The notes beneath the pieces are model-generated. The model worked only from the letters and a program-made list of their open reading frames with translations. It was not told the origin of the DNA and did not search any database. From Syntrophorhabdaceae bacterium (lineage in GTDB: Bacteria; Desulfobacterota; Syntrophorhabdia; Syntrophorhabdales; Syntrophorhabdaceae), in the NCBI GenBank assembly GCA_963665295.1, contig OY762209.1:2752001-2816000 (forward strand): DNA of 64,000 nucleotides. Direction: 5' to 3'. A program made the translations under genes and the position numbers. Positions 10,137 to 18,763 of the stretch are shown here, piece after piece. How positions within the stretch are numbered: position 1 is the stretch's first letter; every line of letters starts with the position of its first letter.

Positions 10137-11138
10137 TCAGTAATCGCCCTCCTGCGTGATGCCCGCGAGGATCCAGTTTCTCTCGCCCACTTTCCGTGTA
10201 AATGTCCAGTATTCGAGGAATTTCACGGGATCGGTGGTGCTTCCCGAGATTACCTGGTTGCCCGTATCCTCCACCATATAATCGAGGAGACTTGCAAGGA
10301 ATTTTACCGTAATGTACTCTTCGCCCTGATCCTGGACCGCATCGACGATCTCGACCTGGCGAACCGCAATATTTTCCAGGCGGTTGATCTGCTTATCGGC
10401 AATATATTTGTTCACGTCTTCCTGGAACGTATTGAACATACGGGGAGTGAGGAGGTGCTTTATCCCGCCCAAATCCCTTTTTGTCCATGCGCTCTGGATC
10501 TTGAAGAAGTTGTCCTCCACCGTCTCCTTGAACCTGAATTCATCGAAAGACGGGTCCATTTCGCTGATGTGACGGAGTCCGTCGGAAACCAGGTCCTGTT
10601 GTGTCGGGGGCGGATAGGACGGAGCCTCCGCAGGTCCGCTGTATCCGGCGGGAGCATAGGTCGTTCCGAAGGTTTCTCCCACTGAACTGAAGCTCATTCC
10701 CTGTCGTTTCGCCCTGAAATGTTTCACCACGAACCAGATGACGACTCCTATGATGATGAGGAGTATGAGGTCGCCGAGTCCGAATCCTCCGCCTCCTCCA
10801 CCCCAGCCTCCGCCGCCTGCGTACCCGCGACCGCCGAAGAGCATGCTGCCGAGCATACCGCCCACCAGTCCGCCACCCAGTCCCGCCATGAAACTTCTGC
10901 CCGCGGAAGGCGGCCTCGGAGCCGTGGGAGACATTTGAGGCGTTGTCGGCTGACGCTGGTAGCCGCTTGAAGGAGAGGTGCTGCGGTAGGTGCTCCCTGA
11001 ACTGTATCCTCTGCTTCCCGAAGACCTGCCGCTGCCCGCCCTTGCAAAAGCGACGGATTCCATTCCTGTGAAGACGAGAAAAAAGAGTGCTGCCACAAGC
11101 GCCATTACTTTAATGTGACGATTTATCGAATGTGTCAT
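10137..11138 (-). CDS. Tim44-domain membrane protein
   Basis: Signal peptide, [13 protein letters not shown], Gly-rich hydrophobic segment, TM helix, then DPSFD...FFKIQSAW...EYWTFTR...W Tim44-like domain. Confidence 0.85.
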   Translation of the reverse strand: MTHSINRHIKVMALVAALFFLVFTGMESVAFARAGSGRSSGSRGYSSGSTYRSTSPSSGYQRQPTTPQMSPTAPRPPSAGRSFMAGLGGGLVGGMLGSMLFGGRGYAGGGGWGGGGGGFGLGDLILLIIIGVVIWFVVKHFRAKRQGMSFSSVGETFGTTYAPAGYSGPAEAPSYPPPTQQDLVSDGLRHISEMDPSFDEFRFKETVEDNFFKIQSAWTKRDLGGIKHLLTPRMFNTFQEDVNKYIADKQINRLENIAVRQVEIVDAVQDQGEEYITVKFLASLLDYMVEDTGNQVISGSTTDPVKFLEYWTFTRKVGERNWILAGITQEGDY

Positions 11139-11381
11139 GATTTACCCCCTTGACTTGATGACTGATTTCGTATGGTGCCGGTTGTTCCAGTCGATCCCAC
11201 CCCCCCCTGGTCGTTTGTTGAATTCCGGTTCTGAATTGACATGTGCCGCACTGTTTTAATATCATATTATCGTGAAGTATGTCAAAATGCAGCCCATGAT
11301 AACGAGCAAAGAGAAGGGCTCAGGGGCGTGCGGGTGATAATGAACCGCCGCCCTTCAGCCCGGTCGGTCGCGAAACGGTTT

Positions 11382-12437
11382 CTATATCCTGCGGCACCAG
11401 CCCAGTTTATCAGGTCGTTCACCATACTGGATTCCGGTTATCTCATCATATAACCTCTGGGAAAGGTCTCCCGTCTTACCGTCGTTGATTCGGATGAGGG
11501 TATCCTGGTGCTGGATTTCCCCCACGGGCGAAATTACCGCGGCGGTTCCCGTGCCGAAGGCTTCTTTCAGCCTTCCTTCCTTTGACGCGGACAGAACCTC
11601 GTCAATGGATATGCGTCTCTCGACCACCTTGATGCCCCAGTCCCCGGCAATCTGAATGACCGAGTCGCGGGTAACGCCTGCGAGTATCGATCCTTCCAGG
11701 GCGGGCGTTATCAATTCATCATCTATGACGAAGCAGATGTTCATGGTCCCTACTTCCTCGATGTACTTTCTCTCTACTCCGTCCAGCCAGAGTACCTGGG
11801 TGAAACCTTTTCTATGTGCCTCTTCGGCGGGCAGCAGACTCGCCGCGTAGTTTGCAGGTGTTTTCGCCATACCCAGTCCACCCTGGACTGCCCGGACATA
11901 TTCACCCGATGTGGCGAGGCGCACGGGGTTCATGCCCTCCTTGTAATAGGCGCCCACCGGCGAAGTGAGGATCATAAAACAATACGTCTTTGAGACCCTT
12001 ACCCCGATGTAGCTGTCCGTGGCGAAAACAAAGGGCCTGATATAAAGGGAACAGCCTTTCTTCCTCGGGATCCATTCCCTGTCAAGGGCGATCAGTTCCT
12101 CTAAGGCCATGAGAAAGGTGTCAAAACTCATCCCTGGTATGCAGAGTCTCTGGCACGACTTGTTGAAACGCTCGTGGTATTTCTCGGGACGAAAGACATT
12201 AATGTAGTCTCCTTCCGTGTAGAAGGCTTTCAGACCCTCGAAAACCACCTGACCGTAATGGAGGGAACAGAGAGACGGGAAAATCTCTATCCTTCCGAAA
12301 GGGCGGATGTGAGGGGTCATCCAGTGTCCGAACTCGTAATCCATGCTGAGCATGTGGTCGGAGAAGACTTCACCGAACGCCAGGTTGTCAAAATCAACGG
12401 ACTCGATCTTACTTTGGTCTATTCTGCAGATATCCAT
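11382..12437 (-). CDS. ilvE: Branched-chain amino acid aminotransferase
   Basis: FSDHM, LHYGQVVFEGLKA, LYIRPF, AKTPANY (PLP Lys), EEVGTMN, ILAGVTR, GTGTAAVISP; start placed at ATG 12437. Confidence 0.93.
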   Translation of the reverse strand: MDICRIDQSKIESVDFDNLAFGEVFSDHMLSMDYEFGHWMTPHIRPFGRIEIFPSLCSLHYGQVVFEGLKAFYTEGDYINVFRPEKYHERFNKSCQRLCIPGMSFDTFLMALEELIALDREWIPRKKGCSLYIRPFVFATDSYIGVRVSKTYCFMILTSPVGAYYKEGMNPVRLATSGEYVRAVQGGLGMAKTPANYAASLLPAEEAHRKGFTQVLWLDGVERKYIEEVGTMNICFVIDDELITPALEGSILAGVTRDSVIQIAGDWGIKVVERRISIDEVLSASKEGRLKEAFGTGTAAVISPVGEIQHQDTLIRINDGKTGDLSQRLYDEITGIQYGERPDKLGWCRRI

Positions 12438-12559
12438 ATCGTATAACACCTCGGAGGGGTTTCGTTCGAATTTCGTCTTATATTTTGCCACAATAGAAGC
12501 CCCATTGCAAATCAAAAATGGCCGTTTTCCCGATCCGGGCCATTGACGGCGGACGATAT

Positions 12560-12588
12560 TTGTATTAGAAAAATCTTCATGATATAAT
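12560..12588 (+). promoter_or_regulatory. Sigma70-type promoter for the Ni/Co transporter-like gene
   Basis: TTGTAT-17 nt-TATAAT. Confidence 0.65.
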
Positions 12589-12727
12589 CCACTCTTGCTC
12601 CTTGTTTTTAGCGGGGACCCGGCCGCAGCCGGTTTGACCCTGCGATCCGGGGTTGGGAGCCGGACGGAAGGGCTGTAAGAACCGGAAGAGGCAGAATACT
12701 CCGGCTATTCCGACGGGAGGTGGCAGG

Positions 12728-13450
12728 GTGCCCGATGCACCGGAAAGTTTGATGATTCTTATTTTGACCGCAGCATCCATAGGGTTCTTCCATACCCTCG
12801 TGGGGCCGGACCATTACGTTCCCTTCATAGTGATGGGCCGGGCGAGAAAATGGTCGGCGGGCAAGACGGCATGGATAACGGTCCTTTGCGGTGTCGGTCA
12901 TATCCTGAGTTCGGTTCTTCTCGGTATCGCAGGTATAGGCTTCGGGATTGCGGTGACGAGACTCGAGGTCCTGGAATCCTTCCGCGGCAGCCTCGCGGGG
13001 TGGTCTCTCATTGTGTTCGGCCTTGTCTATTTTGCCTGGGGCATCAGGAAGGCGATGCGTAACAGGCCCCATGAGCACATCCATTTCCATAAGGATAATA
13101 AGGTCCATATTCACACCCACGTGCACCAGGAGGAGCATGTGCACGTTCATGCGGCGGAAAAAGAAACAAGCCTTACCCCGTGGATACTCTTTACCGTGTT
13201 CATTTTCGGCCCCTGCGAGCCCCTTATACCGCTTCTCATGTATCCTGCCGCAAAAGGAAGTTATATGGGTGTAGTCTGGGTGACCGCCGTATTCGGCATG
13301 GTCACCATTGCCACCATGCTCGGCATGGTCCTCATATCATCCATGGGCATCAAATTAGTGCCTCTCGGCCGTATGGAACGTTACAGCCATGCCATGGCAG
13401 GGGCGACCATATGCCTGTGCGGGTTGGCAGTGCAGTTCCTGGGTCTATAG
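12728..13450 (+). CDS. Nickel/cobalt transporter-like membrane protein (UreH/HoxN/RcnA-like)
   Basis: HTLVGPDH motif in TM1, GH in TM2, His-rich loop HEHIHFH...HIHTHVH, GPCEP motif; GTG 12728 after GGGAGG. Confidence 0.75.
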   Translation: MPDAPESLMILILTAASIGFFHTLVGPDHYVPFIVMGRARKWSAGKTAWITVLCGVGHILSSVLLGIAGIGFGIAVTRLEVLESFRGSLAGWSLIVFGLVYFAWGIRKAMRNRPHEHIHFHKDNKVHIHTHVHQEEHVHVHAAEKETSLTPWILFTVFIFGPCEPLIPLLMYPAAKGSYMGVVWVTAVFGMVTIATMLGMVLISSMGIKLVPLGRMERYSHAMAGATICLCGLAVQFLGL

Positions 13451-13550
13451 GGGACCGTCTCCGGCCTGCCAAATTCGTCCTTGACATATCTTCCTCAACC
13501 ATTTAAAACATGGTATCGTCTTTATCAAAATCCTACTAGGAGGCAGAAAC

Positions 13551-14153
13551 ATGAAAAGAGTTTCACTATTCGTTCTCGCCCTACTGATTTCCGTTGCATT
13601 CGTTACCACCGGTTTTGCCCAGGATAAGGCCAAGGCCCCTGAGAAACCTGCCGCCGCTGCCGAGAAACCCGCAGCCGCTGCTCCTGAAAAGCCTGCTACC
13701 CCTGAAAAAGCCGCAGCACCCGAACAGGCGGCCAAACCGAAGGCAAAACCGAGAGCGGGTTTTGTGGGCGAAGTCACCGCCATCGACGCCGCAGCGAAGA
13801 TCTTCACCGTGAAGAGCGCGAAAGAAGCGGTAACCTTTGACCTGACCAACGCGAAGTTCAAGGGGTACAAAGATGCCGGCGAGATAAAGACGGGCGACAA
13901 GGTAGTAGTGAAGTACGCCAAGGCCGGGATCAAGGTTGACAAGATCGGCGGAAAGAAAGCCACGAAGGCAGAAAAGGCAAAGAAGGCGGCCTTCAAGGAC
14001 GTGGATAAGAACAGCGACGGCAAGATCACCGTTGAAGAACTCGTGATAGTCTTCGTGAATGTTACCCCGGATCAGTTCAAGGCTCTCGACAAGAACAATG
14101 ACGGCGCCCTTGATGAGTCCGAGTACAAAGCCATGAAACCTGCCGACAAGTAA
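13551..14153 (+). CDS. Secreted protein with Ala/Lys/Pro-rich linker, small beta-barrel-like domain and two EF-hand motifs
   Basis: AGGAGG RBS; signal peptide; (P/A)EKPAAA repeats; DVDKNSDGKITVEEL and LDKNNDGALDESEY; upstream TTGACA-17-TAAAAC at 13481-13509. Confidence 0.8.
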   Translation: MKRVSLFVLALLISVAFVTTGFAQDKAKAPEKPAAAAEKPAAAAPEKPATPEKAAAPEQAAKPKAKPRAGFVGEVTAIDAAAKIFTVKSAKEAVTFDLTNAKFKGYKDAGEIKTGDKVVVKYAKAGIKVDKIGGKKATKAEKAKKAAFKDVDKNSDGKITVEELVIVFVNVTPDQFKALDKNNDGALDESEYKAMKPADK

Positions 14154-14179
14154 CCGTACCATTTTCTTCGTATTACTGG

Positions 14180-14208
14180 ACCCCGCCCTTGATAAGGCGG
14201 GGTTTTCT
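14180..14208 (+). terminator. Intrinsic terminator
   Basis: ACCCCGCC...GGCGGGGT stem followed by TTTCT. Confidence 0.8.
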
Positions 14209-14331
14209 GTTCGACGGTCCCGGACTCCCATTTGACAGGCTCCGCTCCGTAATGTAATATATGGAAGTCTTCCTCGGGTCAACTCAGAGAAGCGGTGCCC
14301 CACCGAAGGTGCGGGCGGTTCGGGAAACCTC

Positions 14332-16257
14332 ATGATAACAGCTACAGGGCTTACGAAAACATACGGTCTGCAAACCCTTTTCGAAAACGGTTCCTTCATC
14401 GTAGGTCCCGGCGAGCGGGTGGGCCTCGTAGGAAGGAACGGAAGCGGCAAGACGACCCTTTTCCGTCTCATCCTGGGGTTGGAAGAGCCCGACTCGGGAT
14501 TTCTCAACATTCCCCGGAACTATGCCATAGGGTACCTGTCCCAGCATATCTCCTTCACCCGTTCCTCGGTGCTTGAGGAGGCATGTGCGGGCCTCAAGAT
14601 GGACGAGGACGGAACGGACAGGACGTACAAGGCCAAAGAGATACTCCTGGGGCTCGGTTTTTCAGAGAAAGACTTCGGCCGCAGCCCTCTCGAGTTGTCG
14701 GGGGGTTACCAGATCAGGCTCAACCTTGCAGGCCTTCTTATCTCCGAACCCGAGATGCTTCTTCTCGATGAACCCACGAACTACCTCGACATCCTTTCCG
14801 TGCGCTGGCTCGCAAGGTTTCTCACTGCGTGGAAGAGGGAGTTGATTCTCATTACCCATGACCGGGCGTTTATGGACAGCGTTACCACCCATACCATGGC
14901 GATCCACAGGTTTGCCTTCAGGAAGATGGAAGGTTCCACCCATAAGCTCTACCAGCAGATCCTCCAGGAAGAGGAGGTGTATGAACAGACCAGGGTAAAC
15001 GAGGAGAAGAAGAGGAAGGAAATAGAACAGTTTGTGAACAGGTTCCGGGCGCAGGCAACGCGGGCCCGGGCGGTACAATCACGGATCAAGGCCCTTGAGA
15101 AGAAGGAAAGGCTACAGAAGATGACGGAGGAGAAGAGCCTGGATTTCGAGTTCCAATCCGCCCCCTTCCACGGCAAATGGCTCCTGGAAGCGAGGAACCT
15201 TTCTTTTTCCTTTGACCCGGATGGTCGGCCCCTCATCGACGGGCTCAGCTTTTCTATCGGTAGGAAAGACCGGATAGGCGTGGTGGGCAAGAACGGGAAA
15301 GGCAAGACAACGCTGCTCAGCCTCCTAGCGGGCGAACTCAAGCCCTCGTCCGGGTCTATAGTCATCCATGAAAACGTGAAACAGGGTTACTTCGGTCAAA
15401 CCAATATCGACCGCCTCAGTATGTCGCGCACGGTGGAGGAAGAGATAGGGTCCGCCTTCCATGACGGAGGGTACGGCGCGGTCCGCAATATCTGTGGATT
15501 GATGATGTTCGAGGGGGACAAGGCGGAGAAGAAGATCAGCGTTCTTTCGGGAGGCGAGAAGAGCAGGGTGCTCCTCGGCAAGATGCTCGTCAGCCCGGCG
15601 AACCTCCTGTTCCTCGACGAGCCTACCAACCATCTCGATATGGAATCGATCGACTCCCTCGTGGAGGCCATGGAGACGTTCAAGGGTGCGGTTGCCATTG
15701 CCACCCATAGTGAAATGATCTTGAAAGCCGTGGCCACGAAACTGATCGTCTTCGACAGGGGCACGGTCACCCTTTTCGACGGCTCCTATGATGATTTTCT
15801 GGAGCGGGTAGGGTGGGAGAACGAGGACGGAGGCCCTGGCGATCAGGCAACGGACCGGGGCGCCAAGGAAAAAGGACTTGACAGGAAAGAGTTCAAACGG
15901 CTGAAGGCCGATATTGTGGCCCTCCGCTCAAAGGCGCTCAACCCCCTGAAGGAACGCATTGCCCGCCTGGAAAGCAGGATCATGGAACTCGAAAACAAGG
16001 TAGAGGAGGAAAACAGGGCGCTTCTCAAGGCCTCCGAGAATGGCGACGGCAAGAAGATCGTAGCCCTCTCCATGTCGATCCATTCCGGGAAGAAAGAGAT
16101 TGACACTGCCTTTGAAGAACTGGAGATATGTTCCACGGAATATTACGAGAAGGCGCGGGAATTCGAAGACAGGCTGGACGAACTCGACAGGCTCGATAAC
16201 CCCATGGCGCGCCGGTCGGATCTTGCCGACGGAATGACCGGACAGGCTTCCGGTTGA
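14332..16257 (+). CDS. ABC-F family ATPase
   Basis: Two NBDs (GRNGSGKT/LSGG/LLLDEPTNYLD; GKNGKGKT/LSGGE/LFLDEPTNHLD), no TM segments, C-terminal coiled coil. Confidence 0.93.
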   Translation: MITATGLTKTYGLQTLFENGSFIVGPGERVGLVGRNGSGKTTLFRLILGLEEPDSGFLNIPRNYAIGYLSQHISFTRSSVLEEACAGLKMDEDGTDRTYKAKEILLGLGFSEKDFGRSPLELSGGYQIRLNLAGLLISEPEMLLLDEPTNYLDILSVRWLARFLTAWKRELILITHDRAFMDSVTTHTMAIHRFAFRKMEGSTHKLYQQILQEEEVYEQTRVNEEKKRKEIEQFVNRFRAQATRARAVQSRIKALEKKERLQKMTEEKSLDFEFQSAPFHGKWLLEARNLSFSFDPDGRPLIDGLSFSIGRKDRIGVVGKNGKGKTTLLSLLAGELKPSSGSIVIHENVKQGYFGQTNIDRLSMSRTVEEEIGSAFHDGGYGAVRNICGLMMFEGDKAEKKISVLSGGEKSRVLLGKMLVSPANLLFLDEPTNHLDMESIDSLVEAMETFKGAVAIATHSEMILKAVATKLIVFDRGTVTLFDGSYDDFLERVGWENEDGGPGDQATDRGAKEKGLDRKEFKRLKADIVALRSKALNPLKERIARLESRIMELENKVEEENRALLKASENGDGKKIVALSMSIHSGKKEIDTAFEELEICSTEYYEKAREFEDRLDELDRLDNPMARRSDLADGMTGQASG

Positions 16258-16269
16258 ACGTTGTTTAAA

Positions 16270-16506
16270 TCAGGATTTTAGCTCCACAATCTCCCTGATC
16301 TCGGGAATCGCTTCTTTAAGCAGCTTCTCCACCCACAAACTGAGGGCATCGATGCCGCATCAATGAAGCCTGCCATCCACAAGCCTTATCCTCACCACGC
16401 CCAGGGACTCGTCAACGTCCTCGAGCACGGCATAGCCGTCGGCCAGGTCAATGAGCCGCGGCTTCAGGAGATCGATCGTTTCACGGACTCTCTCTGTTAA
16501 GGTCAC
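16270..16506 (-). CDS. NifU/Nfu-like small protein with in-frame TGA (candidate selenoprotein)
   Basis: Manual translation from GTG 16506 (RBS GGGAG): MTLTERVRETIDLLKPRLIDLADGYAVLEDVDESLGVVRIRLVDGRLH-[TGA 16362-16360]-CGIDALSLWVEKLLKEAIPEIREIVELKS*. Nfu-like sequence is present on both sides of the TGA. Confidence 0.75.
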
Positions 16507-16637
16507 TTATACTCCCGATGTGAAAATGATATATGCAGATATTACAATACCTTCTTGGCATGGCCTTCACGTCGCAGCCCTGTGTGCGGCTGATCGGGAA
16601 GACCATGTTCGATGTTCTCCGTTTCAGGAGCGGAAGG

Positions 16638-16826
16638 CTATAAGCCGCCGCGGACGGTGTGATAATTCAAAATGCTGATAAACGCCTCGTCATCAAGGAA
16701 CTCATCGTAGCTTAATTCCTTTGTAACCATGCTACTGCCGCAATTGGGGCAGAAATTGTCTGGGACCTCTCCGTCAAGAAAGGCATAGCCACACAAGTCG
16801 CATACAAACTCATCGGGTATTCTCAA
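16638..16826 (-). CDS. Small rubredoxin-like/zinc-ribbon protein with acidic tail
   Basis: FVCDLCGY...FCPNCGS; TTG start after GAGGAGG RBS. Confidence 0.75.
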   Translation of the reverse strand: MRIPDEFVCDLCGYAFLDGEVPDNFCPNCGSSMVTKELSYDEFLDDEAFISILNYHTVRGGL

Positions 16827-16992
16827 TCGTATTCCTCCTCTTTTCCCTACCCCCGGAAGCCTCCATGTATTTCATATGGATGACGCACCGGGTTCTATGC
16901 TTGCAGAAATCGTTGGGATGGGGACATGATGTTTTGTCTATATCCACGTTTTCTTTGTATTTCAGACAGGTAAGGACTCTCTCATCTGTCAC
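16810..16992 (-). CDS. Small Cys/His-rich hypothetical protein
   Basis: C...CPHPNDFCKHRTRCVIH; overlaps the next gene; promoter-like -10 just upstream of the GTG. Confidence 0.65.
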   Translation of the reverse strand: MTDERVLTCLKYKENVDIDKTSCPHPNDFCKHRTRCVIHMKYMEASGGREKRRNTIENTR

Positions 16993-17067
16993 TGGAATAG
17001 TCTACCATATATTTGGGGAATATGCACAACCCTATTCGAAGGCCCTGTATCAATCGTAGGAAAGGGG

Positions 17068-17721
17068 TCAGGAGTATTGATCAAGGATGGCCCGGAAGTT
17101 CTTTTCTATGGTCTGTTTTCCCTGGACCATCTCGCCATGACCCGGGATGAGGTATTCGATGTCGAGTTTCGACAGCCTCTCGATACTCTTCACGAGCAAC
17201 TCGGCGTCTCCTCCATAGAGGTCGGTCCTTCCCACGCCCATATAGAAGACCGTATCCCCGGAGATAAGCACCTTCTTTTGTTCCCAGTAAAGGCAAACCG
17301 CTCCAGGCGCGTGGCCCGGGGTAAGAATTACCCTGAAAGTCTTGTCCCCCACATTGATTATGCCTTCTTTAAGAAAAACCGTGAAGAGCTTGGCAGGGGA
17401 TTGGCAACCCATAGCGAGAAACATCTCTTTGTACCCGTCGTTGAGATAGGCGTACTCTTCCTTGCTTATCCCTTTGATGACACTGTCGTCGAACCGGTCA
17501 AGGGCCTCTATGTGGTCCGGGTGGCCGTGTGTACAGAGCACCATCTTCACAGCCTCCACTGTCAATCCATCCCGCGCCATGCCCTGTATCACGTGGTCAA
17601 AGAGATGGGTGTGGCCGGGGTCTATGAGCATGGGGACCTTTCCGTCAATAAAGACGGCATTGCAGTTGTTCTCCTGATAGGAGACCCATGGGTATGCGTA
17701 AAAATCATCAAAAATCTTCAT
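17068..17721 (-). CDS. MBL-fold metallo-hydrolase (glyoxalase II-like)
   Basis: LIDPG, THGHPDH, TPGHAPG, SGDT, GRTDL, PGHG. Confidence 0.9.
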   Translation of the reverse strand: MKIFDDFYAYPWVSYQENNCNAVFIDGKVPMLIDPGHTHLFDHVIQGMARDGLTVEAVKMVLCTHGHPDHIEALDRFDDSVIKGISKEEYAYLNDGYKEMFLAMGCQSPAKLFTVFLKEGIINVGDKTFRVILTPGHAPGAVCLYWEQKKVLISGDTVFYMGVGRTDLYGGDAELLVKSIERLSKLDIEYLIPGHGEMVQGKQTIEKNFRAILDQYS

Positions 17722-18722
17722 CGTGATTCCTTCTCCTGGATCCTGAATGCCTCATAGTCCATCTCGATCCGATTCACCGTATATGTTTGCGGTACGCCCG
17801 CATCGGCCCGGACCGAAATGGCGGGAGACGTGTTCTTTGCGTAAAAACCGATGATATTGGCGGTCAACCCTATGATCTCGTCATTGAGGGCGCCCTTGAG
17901 CACAGCCTGGGGACCTTTGAAATCCACGGGGGAAAAGAATACATAGGGCGGGGCGCACATGGACTGGAGTCTCTCGTTTTCGTCTTGGTTTCTCCCCACG
18001 ATCAGTTTAGTATCTTCCCTCAACCTGAAGTGCCTGCCGACGCTCAGAAAATCGATGTCCTTCAGAGTGAAGTCTTTGTCTTTCGAAAAGAGCTCCCGGA
18101 GCTTCACGGAGAATATGGGGTCGGTAAGAAGGCACCCTCCTCCCGGCTTGCTGAATTCCTTGAAGTTGTATTTTTTTGCAAGGGTATATTGTGCGGTGCG
18201 AGACCTTCCCGTTATATCGAGAAGGTCCTTCCTGTCGAGGATGCCCTCGATCTCGGGGACCGTGGCGGCGAAGCACCGCCCGGATAGGGGTCTCACGATA
18301 AGACCCTCGAGGCCGCTTTCCTGCTCTATCTGCCTTATAGTCTCCCTTCGCTGGGACATGGGCCTCTGGCCCAGGACTTCTCCTGTCACCACGAAAGAGT
18401 TCCCGGTTTCCGCCATGACGCGGGCGATTATCTTCAACATGTAGATCCTGCAGTCAATGCAGGGATTCATGTTCTTCCCATAGCCGTGCCGGGGGTTCCT
18501 GAGCACGTCGAGATAGTCCTCTTCCTTGTGGCGGATGATGAGTTCTATGCCGAGTTCGGAGGCGGTCTTTATGGCCATAGCCCCCTTTTCCTTATCTCTG
18601 CGGCTCGAAAAGGGCGAGGTAAAATGAAACCCCGTCACCTCTATGCCCTGGTCCATAATGAGCTTCGTGGCGAGTATGCTGTCGAGTCCCCCCGATATGA
18701 GGGATATTGCCTTCTTTTCCAT
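17718..18722 (-). CDS. PP-loop tRNA sulfurtransferase-like protein (ThiI/MnmA-like, no THUMP domain seen)
   Basis: SGGLDS PP-loop, NPCIDCR, TGEVLGQRPMSQ, GGGCLLTDP, GRHFRL. Confidence 0.8.
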   Translation of the reverse strand: MEKKAISLISGGLDSILATKLIMDQGIEVTGFHFTSPFSSRRDKEKGAMAIKTASELGIELIIRHKEEDYLDVLRNPRHGYGKNMNPCIDCRIYMLKIIARVMAETGNSFVVTGEVLGQRPMSQRRETIRQIEQESGLEGLIVRPLSGRCFAATVPEIEGILDRKDLLDITGRSRTAQYTLAKKYNFKEFSKPGGGCLLTDPIFSVKLRELFSKDKDFTLKDIDFLSVGRHFRLREDTKLIVGRNQDENERLQSMCAPPYVFFSPVDFKGPQAVLKGALNDEIIGLTANIIGFYAKNTSPAISVRADAGVPQTYTVNRIEMDYEAFRIQEKESR

Positions 18723-18763
18723 GATATCCTTATGTTTCGAGACGCCCCGGAGTACCGTCCCGT

